Below the pieces are notes generated by a model that saw only the letters and a program-made list of their open reading frames with translations, was not told where the DNA came from and searched no databases. Of a DNA stretch of 64,000 bases, positions 9,794 through 17,923 are shown in pieces. The DNA is from Bacteroidia bacterium (lineage in GTDB: Bacteria; Bacteroidota; Bacteroidia; UBA8524). Within the stretch, counting starts at the first letter, position 1, and every line of letters begins with the position of its first letter. The position numbers and the translations under genes were made by a program. The DNA is taken from NCBI GenBank assembly GCA_964215915.1, contig CAXPEB010000047.1, positions 29,835 through 93,834 of the forward strand, given 5' to 3'.

Positions 9794-12700
9794 TTGCTTA
9801 GCAACGGAATGAAAAACTTACTGATCCTCTTATTACTCTCCTTCCATACCCTGTGTGCCCTGGCCCAACCCGGCACCAACGACAGCACGTTTAACCTTAT
9901 TGATCCTGGCTATTCGAATGGACTCGGACCGGATGATCAGATAAGGTCAGTGGCCCTTCAAAACGACGGAAAAGTACTGATAGGCGGCTATTTCACGCAA
10001 TTCAATGAAAAAACCATCAAGCGGATCGCAAGAATCCATGACGGGGTTCCGGATACTTCCTTCAAAACAGGAAACGGCTTCAATGATTACGTGCAATGTA
10101 TTGTTCTGCAAAGCGACGGCAAAATACTGGTAGGAGGCGACTTCACCTCCTACAACGGCGTGACCCGGAACCGGATCGCCAGACTGAATACCGATGGCAG
10201 CCTGGACATGTCCTTTAACCCCGGTAACGGCCCCAACAGCCTGGTAAGAAGTATCGCCATACAAAGCGACGGAAAAATTGTGATTGCCGGAAATTTCACC
10301 ACGTATAGCGGGACGGGTAGAAGCCGGATAGCACGACTGAACAGCAATGGCTCACTGGACAATTCCTATGACCCCGGTTCAGGCTTCAATAGTGCCGTTT
10401 ACAGCATCGGCATTCAGGCCAATGATAAAATCGTGGCCGTGGGTGCCTTTACGCTTTTTGATGGCACCACACGCGAGCGGGTTGCCCGACTTGAAACCGA
10501 TGGGACGCTTGATTTGTCTTTCTTGCCTGGCTTTGGATTTGATAAGACGGCCTATTCCCTGGCACTCGCTCCCAACGGCAATATTGTGGTCGGCGGAGAC
10601 TTCGATTATTTCAACGGAACGGCCCGCAACCGCATAGCCGTGATTGATTCCGGCGGAACCCTGGCAGGTTCGTTTAACCCCGGTAGTGGCTTTAACTCGA
10701 GCGTTTATTCGCTAAGGGTACAGGCCGATGGAAAAATTCTGGCTGGAGGATCTTTTAGCTCGTATGATGGAAATACCGCCAATAAAATCATTCGGCTGGA
10801 GGCTACGGGCAATGAAGACTCCGGCTTTCATGCCGGATCGGGTTTTGGTGGCAGCGGAGGCAATGTCGTTTACTCCATTCAAGTCCACCCGGATGGAAGA
10901 ATCGTGGCAGGAGGAATTTTCCCGAGCTACAATGGCCAGTCGAGAAATAATGTGGTAAGGTTGTTTTCCGACGGCACTCCCGACTATTCGCTCAACAGGT
11001 ATACGGGTTTCAGCGGAAAGGTAAGAAGTATCGTCGTGCAAAAAGACGGTAAAATACTGGCCGGTGGCGACTTCCGGTTTTATAACGGGGTGGAACGCTC
11101 GGGCATCGCCCGCCTGAACAGCGACGGCACGCTGGATACCGGTTTTGCCGTTGGCACCGGCATTAACTACAATATTGCCTATACCGGTGTTCATTCCCTG
11201 TTGTTGCAGGATGACGGAAAGATACTGGTAGGGGGTGACTTCTTTGACTACAACGGAAGCACGGTAAGCGGTTTGATCCGCTTGCATCCGGACGGAACGC
11301 TGGATACCACTTTCAAGACCGGAACCGGCGTGGGCGCGGGGTCCATTTATCATATGGCACTTCAAAGTGATGGCAAAATCATTATCGGCGGTAGTTTTAA
11401 CTCTTATGGTGGCTCTATCAGCTACAAAATCGCACGGATCCATACGGACGGAAGCAGGGACACCTCCTTCAATACCGGGGTATTTCCATATTCCGGGTTT
11501 GATCAGGATGTTAAGGCGCTTGTTATACAACCCGACGGGAAGATCCTGGTGGGTGGTGGTTTCAGCAGATACCGGAATACCTTTGTCAGCAACCGTATCC
11601 TCAGACTAAACCCGGATGGAAGCCTGGACCCCAACTTTTTGCAAACCAATGGCTTCAGCGGAGGAGGGGTTGAGACAATCGGCCTGCAGGCTGATGGCAG
11701 GATCGTGGTGGGTGGAACATTCACTTCCTTCAACGGCACAGCCAGAAACAAAATGGCAAGGGTGGAATCTGACGGAACACTGGATGCCTCCTTCTATCCC
11801 GGAAGCAATGGCTTTAACGGGACGGTAAGTGAGCTGATCGTGCAGGGCGACGGGAAGATTCTGGCCGCCGGAACATTTACCCAATACAACCTGGTCGATT
11901 ATAAACGTATTATACGACTCAACTCAAACGGAACGGTCGATAACGGGATCGACTTCCATACGGGGTTCCCCGATGATGTAGAGACCATTGCCTTACAGCC
12001 CGATGGGAAAATCCTGGCCGGAGGAGTCTTTACTTCGTTTGATGGCTATGGAAGAAACCGGATTGCCCGTATTAACAACACCTGTGTTCCCAACCTGATC
12101 GTGATTGGCGCTTCTGCCTGCGACAGCTTTGTGTTCAACAACCAAACGTACAAGGCCTCTGGGATTTACCAACAGCAGTTCACCAATGCCTATGGCTGCG
12201 ATTCCACCATTCAGCTTAACCTGACAGTACACGCTTCTAGCGGCAGCAACCTCATAATCACCGCCTGTGATACGTTTGCTTTCCTGGGTCAGCAATACAC
12301 CAGCTCCGGTATTTATACCCATGTGATACCCAACAGCGTCGGTTGCGATTCCACCATTACCCTGGACCTCACCATTAACAACAGCACGTCGCAAAGTATT
12401 ACCACCAGCGCATGCAGCAGCTATATACTGAATGGACAGACGTATACCGCTTCGGGCACTTATGTTCAGATGATGACGAACATGGCGGGTTGTGATTCCA
12501 TTATCACGCTGAATCTGACTATTAACGACGCGGATACGGGTGTAAGCCGCACAGGCCCCAACACTTTGCAGGCTAATGCCATCGGGGCCGTGTATCAGTG
12601 GATTGATTGTGACAATACCACCACCCCAGAAATACCCGGTGCTACCGGCAGGACTTTTACGGCTACCCAGAATGGGCGCTATGCGGTACGCGTGACCGAG

Positions 12701-13003
12701 AATAGCTGCACTGGCACTTCTGCCTGTCATACCATTAATAGTGTAGGTATCGAAGACCCGCTGATCCCGAAGGTGGCTCTTTACCCCAATCCGGCAGGTT
12801 CCACAGTAACTCTGGTGTCCGAGGCCCCGCTGAATGGTGCAGACATCCGGCTGAGAACCATGGACGGCAGGCTGATCGGGGAAGAAACTGCCGTGGAGGG
12901 TTCGGTACATACCCTTGACCTGACTCGCCTGGCTCCCGGCATCTACCTGGTTGAAATAACCCAACAACACAGCGTGCTGCGAATCAAACTTGTGAAGGAG
13001 TAG
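9794..13003 (+). CDS. Delta-60-repeat cell-surface protein with cysteine-containing repeats and a type-A T9SS C-terminal domain
   Basis: 1069 aa with a signal peptide. About 13 tandem repeats carry DGKILVGGDF..YNG..RNRIARLN.DGSLD.SFNPG (delta-60 repeat pattern). Four ~60-aa repeats then have C..F.F.GQ.YT.SGIY......N..GCDS.I.L.LT. The C-terminus ALYPNPAGSTVTLV...GIYLVEI fits a T9SS CTD. Confidence 0.8.
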   Translation: MLSNGMKNLLILLLLSFHTLCALAQPGTNDSTFNLIDPGYSNGLGPDDQIRSVALQNDGKVLIGGYFTQFNEKTIKRIARIHDGVPDTSFKTGNGFNDYVQCIVLQSDGKILVGGDFTSYNGVTRNRIARLNTDGSLDMSFNPGNGPNSLVRSIAIQSDGKIVIAGNFTTYSGTGRSRIARLNSNGSLDNSYDPGSGFNSAVYSIGIQANDKIVAVGAFTLFDGTTRERVARLETDGTLDLSFLPGFGFDKTAYSLALAPNGNIVVGGDFDYFNGTARNRIAVIDSGGTLAGSFNPGSGFNSSVYSLRVQADGKILAGGSFSSYDGNTANKIIRLEATGNEDSGFHAGSGFGGSGGNVVYSIQVHPDGRIVAGGIFPSYNGQSRNNVVRLFSDGTPDYSLNRYTGFSGKVRSIVVQKDGKILAGGDFRFYNGVERSGIARLNSDGTLDTGFAVGTGINYNIAYTGVHSLLLQDDGKILVGGDFFDYNGSTVSGLIRLHPDGTLDTTFKTGTGVGAGSIYHMALQSDGKIIIGGSFNSYGGSISYKIARIHTDGSRDTSFNTGVFPYSGFDQDVKALVIQPDGKILVGGGFSRYRNTFVSNRILRLNPDGSLDPNFLQTNGFSGGGVETIGLQADGRIVVGGTFTSFNGTARNKMARVESDGTLDASFYPGSNGFNGTVSELIVQGDGKILAAGTFTQYNLVDYKRIIRLNSNGTVDNGIDFHTGFPDDVETIALQPDGKILAGGVFTSFDGYGRNRIARINNTCVPNLIVIGASACDSFVFNNQTYKASGIYQQQFTNAYGCDSTIQLNLTVHASSGSNLIITACDTFAFLGQQYTSSGIYTHVIPNSVGCDSTITLDLTINNSTSQSITTSACSSYILNGQTYTASGTYVQMMTNMAGCDSIITLNLTINDADTGVSRTGPNTLQANAIGAVYQWIDCDNTTTPEIPGATGRTFTATQNGRYAVRVTENSCTGTSACHTINSVGIEDPLIPKVALYPNPAGSTVTLVSEAPLNGADIRLRTMDGRLIGEETAVEGSVHTLDLTRLAPGIYLVEITQQHSVLRIKLVKE

Positions 13004-13066
13004 GATGAACGGATGAGGTTTTTATGAGGTTTGAGAAAACCTCATCACCTCTCAGTAAGTAATCCT

Positions 13067-14653
13067 CTAAGACCCGAAACTCAATTGAAGGGTATGACCC
13101 GGCGAATGTGGCCCGGTGAGATATCCCTTAAACGGCAATCTGGAATGCATCACCAGAATTCCGCCCTTGGGTATCCGTACCGGAATTTCGGCCCCTTGCT
13201 GAATGAGCAACTCAATCTCGTACGGAGTCAACTCTCTGTGGTGCAAACCCTTTATGATACGCAGGGAGGTTTGTTCATTACGGTTTTCTCTAAGCTGTAT
13301 CCGTATGACCAAAGAATTACGGTCATTCGACAGCTGTTGCCAACCCTTCCTAACTTCCGGAGCACTATAGTAAGGGTTAAACTCAGCCCAAACATGTTCC
13401 GGACTAAGATTAGAACTCTTTAGGATTTGATCGATAGATTCTTTGTGCCACAGGGATTTGGTCAGTTCTGCCAGCTTCTCCGGCGGTATACCCGGGTTTT
13501 CGGCACAAAGCCTATGGGCCTGACTCCTTAAATGACGGCATTCGCGCTCTGTGTAAACCTGTTCCAACACATGATACCCCTTCTTTGCCAGGATGGAAGG
13601 AAGTTTTTGAATAACCTCTCCATTCATTTCCATCCGGTAATGATTCAGGCCCGCTTCAATCCGATCAAACAAGCGCTTGCGAAGCCTGGAGGGTTCCAAA
13701 ACCCGAATAGTCTCTCCCAATCCCAGTAACACCTTCTCCAGTTCAAAGTTGTGCTGCACCTGCATTTCGAAGATCATCCCAAAATGATTTCGTTCCACCA
13801 ACTTCTGACTGGCATGCAGAGGCTTGGTAAGCAGATAGGGCGCTGATTCCATTGTGGCAAAGAAGCGAACCGTTTCAGGAATAGCCTGCGGGCTTACCGT
13901 TACACCGATGACATTTTTAAAATAGTTCCGGAAAAAGTCCTCTTCCTCTAACTGCGACTCCTCATCCATAATTTTAACACCCTCCATCCTATCCAGGGCC
14001 AGTAACTGATAGCTTCGGCTAGTTTCTCTGTGACCCAATACAAACCAACGGTTCTGGTACTCCTTCAATAGCCCGGGATGAAACAAGATATTTTGAGCTG
14101 CTCTGGCTTTGAAAGACTGGTAGGTAATCAGAGTCTGTTTCTTGTTCATTATTGCGTTATACAATACTTCCATCCAGTGCAGGCCCTTCAGATTTTCGTT
14201 TGACTCAAGATCTATAATGGGTCTACCCTTGGTGCGGGAAACCTGTACTTTGTCTTCGAGTCGCTGTACGATTCCTCCCAGATCTTCAAAATGAGAAAAC
14301 CCTTTAAACTGCTTGAGCAAATTGACGGCCTCGGTCAGTTTGTTCAAGTCCTGATCAGTTAGCGGGATATTGGTGATGGAATATTCAGGGTCTTCGTAGC
14401 TGTAGTATTTCTTGTCTGTGATGATGATCGGCGCGTTATATCCCAGTTTTTCACTTCGCATCATCTGGATGTCCATCTGTACGGTGCGCCGGCTTACTCC
14501 TTTATCAATTCCTTCGAATTCGTATAGCGCCTCGGAACAAGCATCGATAAGATCCTCAAGAGTCCATTTTCGGTACCTGTTTTTCAGGCAGTTATCGATG
14601 GTGGTATAGCGCAGGAGAGCATTGCGATTAACGGGCATGGTGAAAATTTTCAA
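13067..14653 (-). CDS. HTH-WYL-WCX family transcriptional regulator with an additional ~190-aa C-terminal domain
   Basis: 528 aa. The layout is an N-terminal winged-HTH region, then a WYL-type domain (LITYQSFKARAAQNILFHPGLLKEYQNRWFVLGHRE), then a WCX-like segment (IRVLEPSRLRKRLFDRIEAG). The unassigned C-terminal part contains WHKE and ...ILVMHSRLPF motifs. Confidence 0.75.
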   Translation of the reverse strand: MKIFTMPVNRNALLRYTTIDNCLKNRYRKWTLEDLIDACSEALYEFEGIDKGVSRRTVQMDIQMMRSEKLGYNAPIIITDKKYYSYEDPEYSITNIPLTDQDLNKLTEAVNLLKQFKGFSHFEDLGGIVQRLEDKVQVSRTKGRPIIDLESNENLKGLHWMEVLYNAIMNKKQTLITYQSFKARAAQNILFHPGLLKEYQNRWFVLGHRETSRSYQLLALDRMEGVKIMDEESQLEEEDFFRNYFKNVIGVTVSPQAIPETVRFFATMESAPYLLTKPLHASQKLVERNHFGMIFEMQVQHNFELEKVLLGLGETIRVLEPSRLRKRLFDRIEAGLNHYRMEMNGEVIQKLPSILAKKGYHVLEQVYTERECRHLRSQAHRLCAENPGIPPEKLAELTKSLWHKESIDQILKSSNLSPEHVWAEFNPYYSAPEVRKGWQQLSNDRNSLVIRIQLRENRNEQTSLRIIKGLHHRELTPYEIELLIQQGAEIPVRIPKGGILVMHSRLPFKGYLTGPHSPGHTLQLSFGS

Positions 14654-14945
14654 AAAAATCCGAAAAAGAATTTAACTGCGCAAAAAGACTGCGCAGTTGC
14701 TCCTAACCTTTGAATTGTGAAACACGAACAAAAAGGAATTCGGCCCCGCTCTTCAAATTGAAGAGTGGGTTGCGAAAAAGGAGGTTTCACTTGTTCATTG
14801 ACATATCCGCATAGTGATATAAAGATCTTTCCGAAAGGAAAGCGCAGATGTTTTCAGGTACGGACCTGCTTCCGGTTTCTGTATAGCCGGAAAGTGCTCT
14901 AAGGAGTATGCTACTTGTCCTGAAATTGATTTGTGTCCAACGCGT

Positions 14946-15047
14946 GTCGGGGGTTCGATTCCCTCTCCTATAGTTTAGGGTAGCTCAGTTGGTAGAGCAG
15001 CGATGTAACGCAGGTTCGAATCCTGCACTCAGTTTTGGTCTGAGTTT
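14946..15047 (+). ncRNA. tRNA-like element that is not a canonical tRNA; candidate Y-RNA-like (YrlA-type) tRNA mimic
   Basis: The first T-arm-like segment is GGGGG-TTCGATT-CCCTC (14949-14965). A canonical D-arm GCTC-AGTTGGTA-GAGC follows at 14983-14998. Only 11 nt later comes a perfect T-arm GCAGG-TTCGAAT-CCTGC (15010-15026). A hairpin ACTCAG-TTTTGGT-CTGAGT plus TTTG follows at 15027-15048. No anticodon stem-loop fits, because the D-stem and T-stem are separated by 11 nt where about 23 are needed. No 7-bp acceptor stem can be paired. Confidence 0.4.
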
Positions 15048-15351
15048 GATTAATGGTTGAATCAACATCCCATGGACTCCAAATCCATCACCGGGACCGC
15101 CTGTCCCCAAATAAGGCAATTGTATCCGGGCGGGAAAAGAGAAACAGAGCGGTGCTTCGGCACCAATCACGGAGTTCCGGGCCGGAAACGGCAGATACCG
15201 CAGGACGACGCGTTTTTCAGGTGATCGCATCCATTCCAGAATGCATTCGGTTGCAGTAAAAATGCCGGTGACTGCTCAAGCAGGTTCCCGCCCCGAAAAC
15301 CGGTTTCTCTTTCCCCCGCCCTATTAAATGAAAATGTAAAAGTAGATTGAT

Positions 15352-16449
15352 ATGAAAAAAGTAATCGTAACACCGGGTCTGGTAGGCTTGGTTTACAAAA
15401 ACGGAAAAACAGAACGTGTATTGACTGAAGGAACCTACTGGATATCCTTGTGGTCTGAAGTGCGCATGTTTGCGATGAACCTGGCATTTCAACCGAAAGA
15501 GAGTCTGGAAGTAGCCTTGCAATCGGAAGTTTTGCAACCCTACCTTGAAATAGTAGAGGTGAAAGAAGGAGAAATCGCTCTGCGTTATGAAAACAACCGT
15601 TTTGTCGGGGTTCTTTTTGCCGGTAAGCATGCTTACTGGAAAGGACTGATCGATTACCGTTTCATCATCGACAATATGGAAAACTGCCGTATTCGTCCGG
15701 AAATCGAAAGAAACATTTTGCGCTACCCGGCCTTTGGGTCATTAACCCGGACATTCCGTGTTGACTCATACTGCAAGGCAGTGTTAAGTATAGAAGGAGA
15801 GGAAGACAAGATTCTTGAACCGGGAGAATACCTGTTCTGGAACAACCGTAAGGTTATCTCCGTTATTCCGGTGGATATGCGTTCTCAGATGATGGAAGTT
15901 TCCGGACAGGAACTGCTTACCCGCGATAAAGCAAGCCTTCGGTTAAGTTTATTTGCTTCCATCCGGGTAAATGATATCCGCAAAGCGGTATTGGAAAATA
16001 CAGCCTACTCCAAACAGGTATACACCATCCTGCAATTGGCCATTCGTGAATTTGTCGGGACCAAAAGCCTGGATGAAATCCTGGAGAACAAGGAGATGAT
16101 TTCCGACTACGTGATGAAAAACAGCAAAGCTGCCATTGCGGAAACCGGAGTAGAGTTAAGCAGCTGCGGGGTTCGTGACATCATCCTTCCGGGAGAAATG
16201 CGCGAGATCTTTAATAAGGTGCTGATTGCGGAGAAACAAGCCGCAGCCAACGTAATCATGCGCCGGGAAGAAACCGCATCCACCCGTTCCCTGTTGAACA
16301 CCGCCAAACTGATGGAAGAAAACGAAGTGCTCTTCCGTCTGAAGGAAATGGAATACGTGGAACGTATCGCCGAAAAAATCGGGAACCTGAGCGTTACCGG
16401 TAACGGAACCCTGATCTCACAGTTAAAAGAGATTTTTGTAAATAAGTAG
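15352..16449 (+). CDS. SPFH/band-7 (stomatin/prohibitin-like) domain protein, soluble, co-operonic with rtcB
   Basis: 365 aa. The C-terminal two thirds show an SPFH core pattern (VDMRSQMMEVSGQELLTRDKASLRLSLFASIRVNDIRKAV...CGVRDIILPGEMREIF) followed by a coiled coil. There is no hydrophobic N-terminal anchor. The N-terminal region looks like partial SPFH-like duplications. The stop lies 17 bp before rtcB. Confidence 0.75.
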   Translation: MKKVIVTPGLVGLVYKNGKTERVLTEGTYWISLWSEVRMFAMNLAFQPKESLEVALQSEVLQPYLEIVEVKEGEIALRYENNRFVGVLFAGKHAYWKGLIDYRFIIDNMENCRIRPEIERNILRYPAFGSLTRTFRVDSYCKAVLSIEGEEDKILEPGEYLFWNNRKVISVIPVDMRSQMMEVSGQELLTRDKASLRLSLFASIRVNDIRKAVLENTAYSKQVYTILQLAIREFVGTKSLDEILENKEMISDYVMKNSKAAIAETGVELSSCGVRDIILPGEMREIFNKVLIAEKQAAANVIMRREETASTRSLLNTAKLMEENEVLFRLKEMEYVERIAEKIGNLSVTGNGTLISQLKEIFVNK

Positions 16450-16465
16450 CGGCTGGGGACCACAC

Positions 16466-17902
16466 TTGGTGGTCCCCATTATGATTGAATTCATGACTAT
16501 TACAAGCGAAGAACTGATAAAATGGAATATTCCAAAAGGCCCGGAATTCGGAATCTGCCTTGATATTTTGAATGCTCTGGATGAAAAATCCTGGAGCAAG
16601 AAGTCTGCGAAACAGGAAATCGATAAAATCTTATCAAACCCGGAAACAAAAAGTCATCCGGCATTTAATGCCCTGAAACAAGTGGTAATACAACGCGAGG
16701 CCAATAAAACCATTGCCGTGGCTGAAAAGGCAAGCAGTTATACGATTTATGGAGAAGAAGGAATAGAAGCGGGAGCTCTGAAGCAAATGGATACTGTGAT
16801 GCGTCTTCCCATTTCCCGTGCCGGAGCATTGATGCCAGACGCACACCAGGGTTACGGTTTACCCATTGGCGGAGTATTGGCTACGGAAAACACCATTATC
16901 CCTTACGGAGTGGGTGTGGATATAGGATGCCGTATGTGCCTGAGCATCTTCGATATCCCGGCAATCCATATAGAACAAAACCGGGAACGTCTGAAAACAG
17001 TTCTAAACCGGAGCTCCAAATTCGGCAAAGCTGTATTCCAAAAACCGCAGGATCATGAAGTACTGGCCAGCCCCTTGTTTAATGAGATTCCATTATTAAG
17101 GGCCCTTCAGGAAAAAGCAGCCAGGCAGATAGGCAGCTCCGGAGGAGGAAACCATTTTGTGGAATTTGGGATATGTGAAATAGTGGATCAAGACAACGAA
17201 TTGGGAATTCAGCCAGGCCAATACTTGTCATTACTCAGCCATTCCGGATCACGCGGACTCGGAGCCAGCATTGCCGGGCATTATACCCGGCTTGCCAAAA
17301 CACAGACCAGGTTGCCGGATGAGCTAAAACACCTGGCATGGCTTAATCTTGATAGTGAGGCGGGACAGGAATACTGGCTGGCAATGAACCTGGCAGGAGA
17401 CTATGCCAGCGCCTGTCATCATCAGATACACGCCAAAGTTGCCCGTGACTTTCAGCTGGAACCTTTGGCCATGGTTGAAAACCACCACAATTTTGCCTGG
17501 AAAGAAACCCTTGAAGATGGAAAGGAATACATTATTCACCGAAAGGGAGCTACACCGGCCGGAAAAGGGGTCTTAGGAATAATTCCTGGCTCCATGACTG
17601 CGCCTGGCTTTATTGTACGTGGGAAAGGGCTCTCAGACTCGTTGAATTCCGCCTCCCACGGAGCAGGCCGGGCCATGTCACGTACCCAAGCAAAGAACTC
17701 ATTGAATGCAAAGGATATGGTTAAACATCTCCAGGACCAGGGAGTTGATTTAATTGGTTCAGGCTTGGATGAGGCACCAATGGCGTATAAAAACATCCAT
17801 GACGTAATGGAAGCACAGAAAGACCTGATAGAAGTGCTGGGAACCTTCCTTCCCAAAGTGGTTCGAATGTGCGGCGACGAAGGTTTCCGGGAAGTGGATT
17901 GA
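16466..17902 (+). CDS. rtcB: RNA-splicing ligase RtcB (3-prime-phosphate / 5-prime-OH RNA ligase)
   Basis: 478 aa with the conserved RtcB motifs MPDAHQGYGLPIGGV, GGGNHFVEFG, HNFAWKE and HGAGRAMSR. A ~100-aa N-terminal extension is not typical of the core enzyme. Several alternative start codons fall in the first 10 codons. Confidence 0.85.
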   Translation: MVVPIMIEFMTITSEELIKWNIPKGPEFGICLDILNALDEKSWSKKSAKQEIDKILSNPETKSHPAFNALKQVVIQREANKTIAVAEKASSYTIYGEEGIEAGALKQMDTVMRLPISRAGALMPDAHQGYGLPIGGVLATENTIIPYGVGVDIGCRMCLSIFDIPAIHIEQNRERLKTVLNRSSKFGKAVFQKPQDHEVLASPLFNEIPLLRALQEKAARQIGSSGGGNHFVEFGICEIVDQDNELGIQPGQYLSLLSHSGSRGLGASIAGHYTRLAKTQTRLPDELKHLAWLNLDSEAGQEYWLAMNLAGDYASACHHQIHAKVARDFQLEPLAMVENHHNFAWKETLEDGKEYIIHRKGATPAGKGVLGIIPGSMTAPGFIVRGKGLSDSLNSASHGAGRAMSRTQAKNSLNAKDMVKHLQDQGVDLIGSGLDEAPMAYKNIHDVMEAQKDLIEVLGTFLPKVVRMCGDEGFREVD

Positions 17903-17923
17903 TCATCTGTCAACTCCGGTCCC

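Noticed and set aside
10712-12970. Long minus-strand ORFs (10712..11530, 11993..12970) inside the delta-60 repeat gene
   Set aside because: They are antisense shadow ORFs of a repeat-rich, GC-biased gene. They have no start context and no recognisable protein features. The plus-strand protein has clear domains.
13004-13066. Hairpins (ATGAGGTTT-GAGA-AAACCTCAT and an upstream partial copy) between the convergent delta-60 and WYL genes as a bidirectional terminator
   Set aside because: A stem-loop is present, but it is followed by C-rich sequence on the plus strand and A-rich sequence on the minus strand, rather than a T-tract. Terminator function is unsupported.
14946-15047. Canonical tRNA gene(s) or tmRNA at the GGTTCGATTCC / GGTTCGAATCC motifs
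   Set aside because: The second module has a textbook D-arm and T-arm, but they are only 11 nt apart. No anticodon stem-loop can be accommodated. No 7-bp acceptor stem pairs on either side. The first T-arm-like segment has no upstream D-arm or acceptor partner. The flanks do not resemble the tmRNA tag region or pseudoknots. It is therefore treated as a tRNA-like ncRNA candidate rather than a tRNA or tmRNA.
14700-15100. Genomic-island integration site at a tRNA (duplicated tRNA 3-prime ends as attL/attR)
   Set aside because: The two T-arm-containing segments differ in sequence, so they are not direct repeats of one tRNA 3-prime end. No integrase, transposase or other mobile-element gene is present in the window.
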